From Tubiluchus corallicola (Eukaryota > Animalia > Priapulida), in assembly GCA_030141605.1 (NCBI GenBank), contig JAQGDQ010001875.1, positions 1-22,742 on the forward strand: a stretch of 22,742 nt of DNA. Direction: 5' to 3'. Under the pieces are notes generated by a model. It was not told the origin of the DNA. It did not search any database and saw nothing but the letters and a program-made list of their open reading frames with translations. A program made the position numbers and the translations under genes. Positions 1-19,772 of this stretch are shown here, piece after piece; position 1 is the stretch's first letter; each line of letters opens with the position of its first letter.

Positions 1-2254
1 AAGATCTAGTTTTTCCAAAATTACGATAGTCAGTACTAGCAAAGGCAGCAGCAGCCCTCAACAACAGTAACTAAAAATATCAGTAGCAGCATCATGGGAG
101 CAAAAATATAACACTAATAATTAGGCGTTAAGAATGCAAATAGCTTGTAGCAGCTTCTTACAATTTTCGAGTTTTTTTTTCGTAGAAATCCGTTGTCCAA
201 TCTGTGGTTACCAATTTCTCTCTAACAAAAGCTATTTCAATCGTAATACATCAAGCATAGTAATTACAATACAATATTCTGACACTGATAGTTGCATAGT
301 TGATACTCTACGCAAGAGATTGTCTGCGTGTTTTCACGAAAAGGTTGATTACTGCAAATTTGGTAATTTAGTACTTGCATATCCCAGTAAAAATTAACGT
401 ACCGCAGCGCTTCTTATTTAGCTGACGGCTGAGTTGAGATGATGATCTTTAAAAGAATTTAAGTACTGGTATCGCCTGAAGCTTTGTGTTAAATACCACC
501 TAGTCGCGTGCCAAAGCGATAAAAGACTCTCCGCTATTGTGTTTAAAAGGCATTAAGAAATTCGCTTAAGGCTCTCACTTTGAAAAGTACACCTTTAGTT
601 GTTGATTTTGTGGAGAAAGTAAATGCGCTACCGTGGAACATTTTTATAACAGAATTAACTGATTTACGTAGAGTGAATCCAGGTAAGCTATTTGATTACT
701 TTTATTATTATTAGCTTTTTGATTGACTTTTCGATATTTTTGCGTAAATATTTAATGTACACACTAAACCATGTTGTGCTTCTACTTGTCTGCCAGTTAA
801 TTTCCAGCCGAACATGATCGTGTTGTCTCTGTGCCCTTGTTGCTGTCCCATTTATTTACTCGCCTACTAGACATACTTTGTCCTCGTTTATCACATGGGA
901 GCGACAGACTCTTGAGACTTGCTGATGAGCAAACGGCAGTCTGGCGTCACTTTATCGATTGACTCACTGAAAACTTGGCTTCATATAACCTGGTGTTTGT
1001 ATATTCAATACTTGTAGCTGATTACGTTTTAATGATGTTTATTTACGAAATAATAGGTAATACCAAATATGGATGGTATTACGGTTACAATTACAAAATC
1101 TTGTTTTTTATGGTACCAGCTTGGTTAGCAGCTAATAGCTACTGCAATGTAGAGAGGATTGCATTAAGCCTTTGTGACATGTCTTCGTTGTTGTCTCTGG
1201 AAGTTGAAGTAGGTCTAAGTCAAGATGATAGTTACTGTAATCAAATCTATCTTGTTCTACATTCAACAACCTCCTGTCACACTTAATGGAGATCTTTGGA
1301 AGTGCAGAACCATAAATGACCCTTAGAGGCTTAGAATTTAGGAACGCATCATGCCTGCAATGAATAATTTATCTTTTCAGTCTATCAAGAAGCTGATATT
1401 CAAGGCAGTCTGTTGACATTAATTGCGTTATGTATTGATACCCTGCGTGGGTGATCATCACTTCATGCTAGAGGTCATTCGAGACCGTCGTAATAGTACG
1501 TATGTTCACAAACACACGAGTGGTCATTGTGATCACTTATTGAAGAACAGACAATTTATCTTAGGTACTAGATACTCTAGTCTAGTGTATTTTAATTATG
1601 CGTGTCTAGTGACAGCAGTGCATACAACCTTAATATAAAATCATGCAAAACATGGCTGCCACAGCTGGTCTATATGATTTGTATAAGGTTCTAATAATAA
1701 TAATGGCCAAACTTTGTTTGCCCATAACCATGTTTTCATAAGGCGATTTTGCAAAAATGGGAAGCATGTGTACTGTGGTAATAATGTAAATTTTCTTGTG
1801 GGCTTGCTGTCGCAGACACATTCCTATAAATTTATATTTAAAGGGCAGCTTCCTGTAAGGATAATGCCACGCTTTATGTTTGTCAGGTTAGAGAAAGAAG
1901 TTTACTTCGTTTTCTAAGCAAATGTAGATGAATGCCGTATGGTAAACTTTAGTAATCATTTGATATTTTGTATCAAATACATTTGTCTGAATCCAACCTG
2001 ATGTCGTGTAGGTTTTCTTGGAATTTTAATCAAATAAAGTTTTACAGTTTTTGTGTCGAGTCATGTATTCGTGTATTGATTTGGCTTCCCTGCTGCCTAT
2101 ATGCTGTACATTTGTGCACAATGGTTTCGCTGAGCGTAGGATTGTATTGCGTCATCATGCGGATTTCTGATGCAGCAGACCTCTATCGAATGACTCGTAT
2201 TTATAACCACGACATACTTCGTGGCTTCATTTACAAATATTTGTTACTTATCAC

Positions 2255-2297
2255 ATATATATATATGTGTGTGATATATATATATATATATATATAT
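2255..2297. repeat. (TA)n/(TG)n microsatellite
   Basis: Directly visible. Confidence 0.9.
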
Positions 2298-2513
2298 GTT
2301 AAGGTTAAACCTGTCTATAATTAGGAAACGAAACATGGCTTAACGTTTAATTCATGTTTTTAAGCCATAAAGACTTTCAGAACTTTTTATCAGATTTTTA
2401 ACTATTATATGAACAGAATTTATGCATGAACTGTATGTACATTTATTTATCTTTAGCACAGAAAATACTTTGTAGTTATGTTGTATTACAATTATTTTGT
2501 ATTTTTATTTCAG

Positions 2514-2531
2514 CACTGGAGACAGTATAAG
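2514..2531 (+). CDS. DST/MACF1: Spectraplakin CH1 18-nt microexon (HWRQYK)
   Basis: tttttatttcag|CAC TGG AGA CAG TAT AAG|gtgacg. Frame-preserving. It lies just before the DLFEDLRDG exon, where plectin exon 2alpha (HWRAE) is inserted. Confidence 0.8.
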
Positions 2532-5500
2532 GTGACGATGATAATTCATTAGCATGCTGTTTCATTTAGCATTTTAACTATTATTTACAGCATGTTTTTT
2601 TTGAAAAATGACTGCATACATGATGTATAAAATACTACTTATACCAACAAAGTGCTGCAATTCTGTCAATACTACATATACCAACAAGAACTTTTGTCAT
2701 TTTTAAAATATGACTTCGTACCCAAACATTACATCAACAGATACAGTATAGTATTAATATTGTTTTTATTTTATTTGCCAGAAGTCAACAAGTGTTGAAC
2801 ATATCTTTCTCTGCTAACTAGACTATTTATTGTCTGTATGTGCCTAAGTTCTGTTTAGTTAGTGTATGTCTAATATTTTTCTAATTATTTTATTGTACAT
2901 TTTAGCTGATTTTGCTACGTGCAGACTTGAATATTGTTTCAAAATTCTTGGACTTAAAAAACTTGCGTAATTGAATAATTGGCTTTTTTAACTGGCATGT
3001 GATTCTTAATTTTGCTCTCCATTATTTAATTTAGTAATTTATCGCTTGTGTTTAAAGTTGTCTAGAACTCGGCATGAAGCAAAGTAAAGTATTAATCACT
3101 GAACCATTCTTAGTATTAATCAGCTGAATGCGGGCAGTTTTGCTTAGTACTTACTATTTGTAATCATATAAGACAGGATATCGAATTAGCAACACGCTTG
3201 AGTTTTTTTTTGTTTTTACGGTGGTGTTTGAATCTCTTCAAAAAAGAAAGATGATATTTCTTTACAATGCTAATATTAGGAGGTTAACGATACTAAGGTG
3301 AAAAACAACAGAGTCATTTATTGAATACTAAATGTTAACCTTATTTTTACCAAATTATAATAATAACATACACGTACACATACAAAACAATAAAAACAGC
3401 AAACTGTTTAAATAACTTCTATCTACAAATTACCATTTGATTTGAAAATTTGGAAAGTGGTGGTGATAACAAGCTTGTCTATATTGTCTAACAAGCTTTT
3501 AGCACTTGCATGCTTATGCTTGAGCTTACCTCCACTAAACTTCTACGACTTGAACTAACTGATGGTTTGTGTCTTGTTGCATTTTTGTTTTATATTTTGT
3601 GCCATTTGATTTCCGTATGAGTTACGGTGATTTATAAGCGTGTGATTGTGATTTACAATATCATATTAAGCACAAACTAAATCACTATTGCCTTGTACTC
3701 TATTGTCAATTGTGCAGTGTTTTTTTATACAAAATTAAGCCTGAAGACTTCATAGGATTATACTATAAGTAGTTTTGGTATACTAAAATTATACACAATT
3801 TTTATGTTTTGCAGAGTGGGCGTAAAATTGAAGATCTATTTGAAGACCTTCGAGATGGCCACAGTCTTATATCACTTCTTGAGGTGCTGTCCGGAGAAAT
3901 GCTGGTATGCTGATTTCAAGTCACCTATAAATTATTTAAAAATACATTTCAGTGTTCAGAGTTCAAAATAGTCTGAGTTCAAATCCCGCTCGTGTTGGTA
4001 TTTTTTTAGCCATTTACTACTAGAACAGGACTTTCTGGCTGCCTTCCCGAGCCTACTCATCCTTAATTGAGTACCTGGTCACATACTGGGAAGAAAAGCG
4101 ACCTGTCCTTCTTGTGTGCCGTGGCTTTGCAAATGGACACGTCTGGCATAGGACCATTCTTCTTTGCCATTTACATTAGGCAGTAAGATTGAACTAAGGA
4201 TTATTATTACTCCACTCAGTAGACCTCCAAGTTGACAGTATGCTAGAATGATTTTTGAGAGGTACAATTTTAGGTGACCAGTATGACTCTTAGGCAAAGG
4301 CTTTTTGATAATCTCCTGGCACATTAGTTTTGCTGTAGATATACATATCTGCTATCGGAAATTTTCATTAAATCGTTTGAAGATTGAGTCTGCGCCCCAC
4401 CCACATTGAGTTGGTCGATAGTTATATTTAACTTTTCCTGATTTCTTTATCTTTAAATCAATTACAGCCTCTTAAAACTGCCTGTTACTGAATATAGATC
4501 AATAGTGTTTCTCCATATATGCAGACTAAAAGCTATTTGCATGCCCACCATAACTTAAATCTTATACAGCTTTTGTGAACGCCTCATTTCAACGCAGTTA
4601 ATAATTCAATTAGACCATTAAATTGGCCAAATTATGCAGTACAAATTGGATGTTGTAAACCTTAGCCACGGGTTAAACTCTGTTTGGCATACAGGCATTT
4701 GTCACTTAGTGGTCTGGTAGTAAGTTTAATATTTCAGTAAAAATATCGTAACCATTGTGTTTTTCTGGTGATTTATTAGGTGATTTAGGCTTTATCTTTC
4801 TTTAGAAATGGCTGGTTTTTGTATTTTTTTGTATTTATGAATTTTTATAGTTGTGTTTTTCTAACATTTCCTAGAAGGATGGGTGACTTTCTTTTAGTTT
4901 TTCGCCCCCTTTCTCCGATGTCCATTTGTATTTTCATGTGTGTAATAATAATAATAGTAGTTATGTTCAGGAAGTGAATATAAAGCCTAGCTATAAGGCC
5001 TATAGCCTAATTCATTTCCCACAAACGGAAACATTTCTTTCTTACTTTTATTGAACAATTCAATATTTTCTATGAGAACAGCTAAGTTTTGCAAGGGAAT
5101 TGTATGAGTCATGGTTAGGTTTTCATTCTTAAGCTGAATCATGCTTTTTACGAGGTTTTTCACTCCTGTTGCAGCCCAGAGAGAAGGGGCGGATGCGATT
5201 CCACATGCTGCAGAATGTACAGATAGGATTAGATTATCTTAGGCATAGATTAGTAAGTATAAACTACATTTTTAAAGTTTTTTCCGGTTCTTCAAATTAA
5301 CTGGCAATAACAAAAACGTGCACTACACATTGTTTATGTATGTAGGCCTTGGCCTTATTTACTCTTGATTGATGTGAGGTTGCTGAAATGTGATGTCAAC
5401 TGAAAAATTGTCATCGTAAGGCTAAATCATAATAATAATAATGCATTTTCATAGATGATTTTTAAAATATATTATCTATAAAAAAGCATAAAAAACTGTT

Positions 5501-5745
5501 ATGTAATTACACTTAAAACAACAATTTTTGAAATGTAATGTTTATAGATAGATGTAATAAATTGATCGAACAAACAATGTTTCAAATTTGGTATACCTTA
5601 AAACTGTTATACCTATTGATTACATTTATAGTAACTTGTTCATTTTTTCTAGATTAAAATTGTAAATATCCGTCCTGACGACATAGTAGATGGTAATCCA
5701 AAGTTGACACTGGGTTTAATATGGACAATTATACTGCACTTCCAG
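2514..5745 (+). CDS. DST/MACF1: Spectraplakin/plakin (short stop/dystonin/MACF1/plectin-like), partial: CH1 actin-binding domain, join(2514..2531,3815..3904,5175..5252,5653..5745)
   Basis: Spliced translation (HWRQYK)[87 protein letters not shown] closely matches plectin/dystonin/Shot CH1 as remembered ([43 protein letters not shown]...[29 protein letters not shown]). All introns are GT-AG and phase 0. The upstream QKKTFTKW exon and the CH2 exons were not found in the window. Confidence 0.93.
3815..3904 (+). CDS. DST/MACF1: Spectraplakin CH1 exon, 90 nt ([30 protein letters not shown])
   Basis: ttttgcag| acceptor and |gtatgc donor; [11 protein letters not shown]-domain motif. Confidence 0.95.
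3970..4105 (+). mobile_element. Degenerate tRNA-derived SINE remnant
   Basis: B-box-like GAGTTCAAATCCC near 3976, followed by CCTACTCATCCTTAATTGAGTACCTGG...CTGGGAAG, resembling Deu/Nin-type SINE core motifs. No clear A box or TSD. Confidence 0.4.
5175..5252 (+). CDS. DST/MACF1: Spectraplakin CH1 exon, 78 nt ([26 protein letters not shown])
   Basis: cctgttgcag| acceptor and |gtaagt donor; [10 protein letters not shown] is typical of plakin-family actin-binding domains. Confidence 0.95.
5653..5745 (+). CDS. DST/MACF1: Spectraplakin CH1 exon, 93 nt ([31 protein letters not shown])
   Basis: ttttttctag| acceptor and |gtagga donor; actinin-type signature [22 protein letters not shown]. Confidence 0.96.
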
Positions 5746-7890
5746 GTAGGATATTTTTGTGTTAAGTTTGTTCTTTGATATCGATATTATTATTTGCATG
5801 CACACAATGATAGAAATACGTTAACATGTTCAAACTTTCAAACAACATAATGATTCATGAAAAAATATCCAACATTTGATTGCTTGTTGTGAATCAAAAT
5901 ATCGATGACTCACTTTTCTGAAGAACACGTCTAGGTGGCAGCACTTTACACCATTTACTTGCTTGGTTTGAGTCAAATACAACACTTTATAGTTTCACTG
6001 AAAGTAATTTCGTAGCCGTTGATTGTCTTGACTCTTCTCCCCAAGGGTAACAAATCCGTACTAGTGTTGTCTGTGCTGCCAAAATCGCCAACGTTTTTCA
6101 GACATTTTTAATGCAAGAATGACAACAACAACAACTGCCACTAATTATTGAATGTAAGATGAGTGAGTGTTTAAGTAACATTAGATTTCATGATTGCATG
6201 GTTAACTATTTAACATGTAATACATATTAGCTAAGATTAAACACAGGTATACGGCACGAATATGTAAATCCAGTAGTCAAGGCAGTTAGTAAAAGGGGTA
6301 TTGTTTACTTCAGTGGTAAATTACTCAAAGTAGGACTGATTGACGTACATCTGAATAGTTAAACCATGATGTAGGTACACAACAGACTTATATGTGTGTT
6401 ATATATGTCCCTGATATGACTTCATTCTATATTTGATAAGTCTGTTTGCTTAGATTATATTGTAATGCTGCATTTGACACCTCTCTTGCACTATAAATAA
6501 GGAACTTGCATATCTTTCAGGGATGTGATAGCATCTATGGTATTGTAAAATACCTGCATTTATTGAAATAGTTTATCAGCCTTTGGTGCTTTGCAGTTTA
6601 CAAATTTTGTGAATTTTTATAACACAAAGTTCTCTGTATTCCTGATGTTTACTATTGTGTTGTACAGTTTTGCAGGATTTTATGACTAAGGAAATTCCCC
6701 CTGGCATAAGCTCAAGTTTGCTGTCATATTAGATAAGAACCCCTCACATGTTTCATTTTGAACATTGATAGACAAGTACCAGATTAGATTTGTGTGTATT
6801 TGAAGTACAGTACCCAGTAAATTTTGTTTTTCTGTTTTATGTTTTGTGATGAGAGGTACATTTTATACTGGAAAACGATGACGGTACTTACTGAAATGTA
6901 ACAAACGTTGGGAATGTTATTCTAAAGAAATTTTTATCTTCTGAAGTGTTTTACAACAATATTTTTCTTGCTACGGTGCATGACGTTCTAATGGATGACT
7001 AAAGATAATTTTGTTACATTTATCTGCTGGTAGATGGCAGTGAGATCTCGCAATGTATCATATTGTTGGTAAAGTGAAATTAAAAGTGTGCTTTTGCTGT
7101 GTGCCTGGTCCTAGTTTTTTGAACAGTCATTTAAACTAGGTTTATTTTGCTCAAGACTGTACACGGTGCTTAATTTTAGTGCGTTCTGTATTAAGCTCTG
7201 TCATTATGCTTGAGAAGGGTAAAATTTCATTAGTTGATTGGAGGTTACTTCTCGCCATTGTTGTCATCATCATCATCGCCTTCATCATCATTAAATTTAA
7301 CACCTTGTATTCTGTATGTAAACCCCAGATGAAGAAAATTTAGCTAGCGGTATCATTTTGTGCTACTGTAAATGAGTGACTGACAGTTTTTCAATCAATA
7401 CTTAATAGTTGCTTTAAAATTATACTCTGTAACAGAGTTTTTTGTGAGAAGGATAACTCATGAACAGATATGACTATTCACAATATGTTATTGCACTGAG
7501 TATCATAAATGTTGTATAATTTGTAATAAGATGGTAGTTGTTTCAATTTTCCAAAGATCTTAGAATTCTTGATGTTGTGGACTGAATACTACTTTCCAGT
7601 TGGTACTTGTATTCAATCTTAGATTTTTTTGTAGTAATCATAATCCTAATCATTATTGTTTCATTCATTCAAAGATTGATTGATTGAAAGATGTGGATTT
7701 TTGTAGAACTTCACATTTTTATGTAAATCATTCAAAAAGGGAAATTTAGTGGTTTACCTGTTGCTACCGTTAATAAGATTTTAATAAGGATTTGTGATAT
7801 AATCCGGTACTAAAATCAACTGTAGAGTGCTGGACTGCTTGTTTGGAGCAGCTAGTGAGGTTTCTTTCCTGCCTATCCCCATCTTGTACG

Positions 7891-7950
7891 AAATTTGGGT
7901 ACACTACTGTACTTCAATCCAAATTTGGGTACATTACTGTACTTCAGTCC
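7891..7950. repeat. 30-bp tandem duplication
   Basis: AAATTTGGGTACACTACTGTACTTCAATCC / AAATTTGGGTACATTACTGTACTTCAGTCC (2 mismatches). Confidence 0.9.
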
Positions 7951-10215
7951 ATTACCAGGTGTAGTTAAGTGTTTTGAACTGCTTAACTTTGCAACATTGT
8001 TAATTAAACAGGCTTTTGTTTGTCAGATTATAAACGCACGCAGAGCTTGCACGCTACTGTTTTGATAGGATACGGTGCTATGATAGTCTTCTTGCTATAT
8101 CATATAGATCTAAAATAATAATATGTTGCCCTGAAAGCTGCCCGTCATCGTATTCATAATTCCTTTAAACAACTTGGATGATGTTTTTATACACAATACG
8201 TGTACAGGTTTAAGATTCATTGTTGTTTTTCGCGCCCCCTTGCCGTCTTGCACGTATCAACCGTAGAAGAGGGATTAGGTGCGTAAAGAGGGAAAAAGTT
8301 TTAATTCAAAACCCGTTGAAGTATTCTGCACACGTGTTGGGCGTTTTGAGTGCTTGATTTCGTTACCACAGACACATTATCTGTGTTGAATTCTCCGGCA
8401 ATGGTGCGCAATTGTGTTGTATTTCAGTTTCTAAGTAGAATAAGTAGCCAAAAAATGTACAGTGGACATGCGACATTTAAAGATCAAAATCGTTATTCGT
8501 TATGAATCTTACGTCGCAATACTGTGCGTTATCTAATTGACTTGGAGCTCCGCACTTTTTTTAACGTTTAAGACTCGAGATCTAAATGTAATCAGCACTT
8601 TTTATGCGCAGTCATAGTGTGACTAGCCTTTATTTTCGGAACCTTTGGGAACAGGACGTTTGTATTAGCAGTTTATGCAAGCAGGTCGGCTCCTGTGCAA
8701 TAACCTTGAAATTGTGGGCTTTTACTAGAAACGTGTTTTATTAAATAGGTCCCTAAACTTTCGTTGGTCATTTAGCGCGGTCAAGCGATTTGGAATATAC
8801 TGATTCACACACTCAGACTGTTTGTTTATTAAAGGTGTACATCGTTAGCACACAGTCCACATTATAGAGTTTTAAATAGTGTGTTAAGTTAAGAAAGACT
8901 TGGAAGTACTCAGACTCAGTGACAGTTTTACGTTTGTTGTTGCTTCAAAAGTGAGAATTATAGATGTTTCCGTCAGCTTTCTGCAATTAGTGATTAAACA
9001 TTAACTAAATAGCTACTTATGCCACTTCAAGGCTTCATGCTGCCATTGTTTCAACATTTGCAACATTCATTTAACCCGTGCTTAAAATTTTCGATTTTAA
9101 TGAGGTCTTTTGTGCAGGTAGTACGTTTGTTTCACTTTAAATCTTGAAATGTAGTGGTTTCCTTAATTTGCTTGTTTTACAAAACTCGACAATGCTTCTC
9201 TTTTATTGCTGCAAGAAGAGTTTTTAATTTATGAATTTCTTATTGTGATAGATCATCAACTTTAGTGGTGGCGTTTTTTCTGTTACGTCTATTTGATTGT
9301 GCCAGTATAAGTGCCTTTTTCCAGTGCCTAATGTTGATTAGTCACCAGTGCCGCTAAATCTTGAGGGTCCAGTGCCACATTCGGTCTTAGCTTGTTTTTG
9401 AGTATTGCATTTCTGAGAAAATGTTGTTCAGCATTTGCTGAGTGCAAATAATCGTGATATTAGTTTTGTAAGCGTAGATGTTGTCGACTTTTTTTCCGTT
9501 TCTGCTGCAGGTCAGCAAAGTCTGTTGCCAGAATGCCACTTCGAAACAACTTGAAAAATTTCGGTGTGCACCGTGTAAAAGCTTGATGGAAGTGCATTGG
9601 ATGCTAGTTTGTTTATTACAGTAGGCTGTTATAGTATCATAATAGGCTTTATTGTAGCTTTGTTTTGTGATAAACAATGTTTATCACTGAAAATGCCATC
9701 CTTATTGTGAACTGTGTTAAATAACCTCCTGTTAAGTGAGTATCGATGATTTTGTGTCACTTCAAATTATTTTTATGTTTCACCTACAGCTTTTTTGAGG
9801 TCTGGCTGGCTGTTCTATCTTCTGTTCCCATTGTCTACTCTACATTAGTATAAAAAGTGCTCTGGATCAGTCATTTGTTGAGTTTTATTTCTCATTTCTT
9901 AGCATTTGGATTTTTTGTGTGAGAAGAAAGTTATCTGGTATTCTTAAATGCTTAAATTTGGTAGTCATATTGTTACAAAAAACTATATAAGCATTTAAAA
10001 AATGTGATTGTGTAGCATTTATCATATCTATTTTATTTGCCAAAAAGGCTGGAACAGTTTTTTTCGTAGTTTTTACTGACATTTTTTCACTTACATCAAA
10101 TGTGTTCATCAGATTTCGAATTGGGCCATTTTAGTTGTGGTAAGATGATAAGAAAGAAATCTTGACTCTGCTGAAGCTGAAAAAGCAAACTCTTAGTTAC
10201 AGTGATTAATTTGTC

Positions 10216-10500
10216 AATATCCATCTACTTACAGCGCTGGTTGGCTTCTTTATCACATCTGCCTACTGCAGCAGTACTCATTACCTTCTTTTGTCACATC
10301 CATCTCGTTACAATTCTGATTGGCTTCTTTCGCTACATCCATCTTCTTACAGTACTAGGTGGCTTCATGTGCATCTGTTTACAGTCGCCTGTCACATCCA
10401 TCTGTTCATAGTCCTGTTTGGTTTCTTTGTCACATCAGTTTACTTTACTTACTCTACAGCACTGCTTGGCTTTTTTTCTCAGTCACATCCATTTACTTTC
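10216..10500. repeat. Old degenerate ~38-bp tandem repeat
   Basis: Recurrent TCACATCCATCT...TTACAG...TTGGCTTCTTT, about 7-8 diverged units. Confidence 0.7.
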
Positions 10501-10995
10501 ATTTTTTGGAACAAAAATTTCGGTCACATTTCTTTGATATGATATCTTTGTTACCCTTGACAAGATACCTGTTCGGTGCGGCACATTTCAAATGCTAATA
10601 CACACATATTTATCTTGTAGGCTGTGCAATAGTGTTTGCTTGTTTACCCAATCTCTTCTCCTGTTGTCATACACAACAGGCTAGTGTGACGTGGGTGTGG
10701 CGATCCATTGCTTGTTGAATAAGGGGTGGTTTTTACTTGAGAACAACAACTCCTGAATATGATTCAGACTTTGCAAATAAACTGACAAAAACTCTTACAC
10801 TGAACTTTAATCATGGCAATGTTTGCCTTGGAATGGCATTTAGCTATTAGAATTGCTAATGGCAACTACGTATTGACTTTTAGTATTGCTTCAGAATTAC
10901 CAATTTGCCGGTGATTATATAACCATTGTGGCCCAGGCCTGCAGATCTGGGCGTGCATGCATGATTGACTGCATCTATTTGCAGACTAATATCAT

Positions 10996-11339
10996 GTGTA
11001 TGTATGACGATAGACCTGTATGCAAATCTGTTTGAATATGGCAACAGAGCGACGATAGACCTGTATGTAGCTTATCATTGTAAATTCCAGTTTTGCAGGG
11101 ATCATAATGTGCATGTATTATCGATAATTTGTATGTGATCAGTGGGGATACATGTATGTTTATTCGATAATCTGTATATATCTATCAGTAATCTGTGTTT
11201 AAGAATAGCGTATGTATGACGATACCTGTATGTATTTATCAAAAATCTGTTTTGTATATCTTTAAGAATACGTGATGATAGGATTCGTATGGTCTTATCA
11301 GCAACCTTGTGCTTGCAGATCTATGAATATGTGTATGTA
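10996..11339. repeat. Degenerate inverted copies of the 68-bp unit
   Basis: TGTGTATGTATGACGATAGACCTGTATG (10996), GACGATAGACCTGTATGTA (~11050), GTATGTATGACGATACCTGTATGTA (~11210) and TTGCAGATCTATGAATATGTGTATGTA (11313-11339) are reverse complements of parts of the array unit. Confidence 0.85.
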
Positions 11340-11345
11340 CGACGA

Positions 11346-11973
11346 TACATACACATATTCTTAGATCTGCAAACACAGATTTACACTGATAGATACATAC
11401 AGGTCTATCGTCGTACATACACATATTCTTAGATCTGCAAACACAGATTTACAATGATAGATACATACAGGTCTATCGTCATACATACACATATTCTTAG
11501 ATCTGCAAACACAGATTTACACTGATAGATACATACAGGTCTATCGTCGTACATACACATATTCTTAGATCTGCAAACACAGATTTACACTGATAGATAC
11601 ATACAGGTCTATCATCATACATACACATATTCTTAGATCTGCAAACACAGATTTACAATGATAGATACATACAGGTCTATCGTCATACATACACATATTC
11701 TTAGATCTGCAAACACAGATTTACAATGATAGATACATACAGGTCTATCGTCATACATACACATATTCTTAGATCTGCAAACACAGATTTACACTGATAG
11801 ATACATACAGGTCTATCGTCGTGCATACACATATTCTTAGATCTGCAAACACAGATTTACAATGATAGATACATACAGGTCTATCGTCATACATACACAT
11901 ATTCTTAGATCTGCAAACACAGATTTACACTGATAGATACATACAGGTCTATCATCATACATACGCATATTCT
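11346..11973. repeat. 68-bp tandem minisatellite, about 9.2 copies
   Basis: TTAGATCTGC recurs at 11361, 11429, 11497, 11565, 11633, 11701, 11769, 11837 and 11905. Unit CATACACATATTCTTAGATCTGCAAACACAGATTTACA(C/A)TGATAGATACATACAGGTCTATC(G/A)TC(G/A)TA. Confidence 0.97.
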
Positions 11974-12170
11974 TTACATGCACATACATACGACAGGTGG
12001 ACATAGAATAGCCATGTTGTACCTTTCAAATAAAGCTAATGAGGTAAAAAGCTTTATCTATTATAAAAACAGAAAATGCAGCTTCTGAAATGGCACACCC
12101 TAGTGCCTGTTGCATGACTTCTGTTCAATAAACTGAAATTGAATTTTCCTCTTTTTAAGGTACCTTACTA

Positions 12171-19772
<7,602 letters not shown>

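Noticed and set aside
134-2324. Several 60-120 aa ORFs
   Set aside because: No recognisable motifs, often non-ATG starts and intron-like composition; the expected QKKTFTKW exon is not among them.
11346-11973. 68-bp array as CRISPR (repeat plus spacer length is similar)
   Set aside because: The whole unit is repeated with only about 3 variable positions; there are no spacers.
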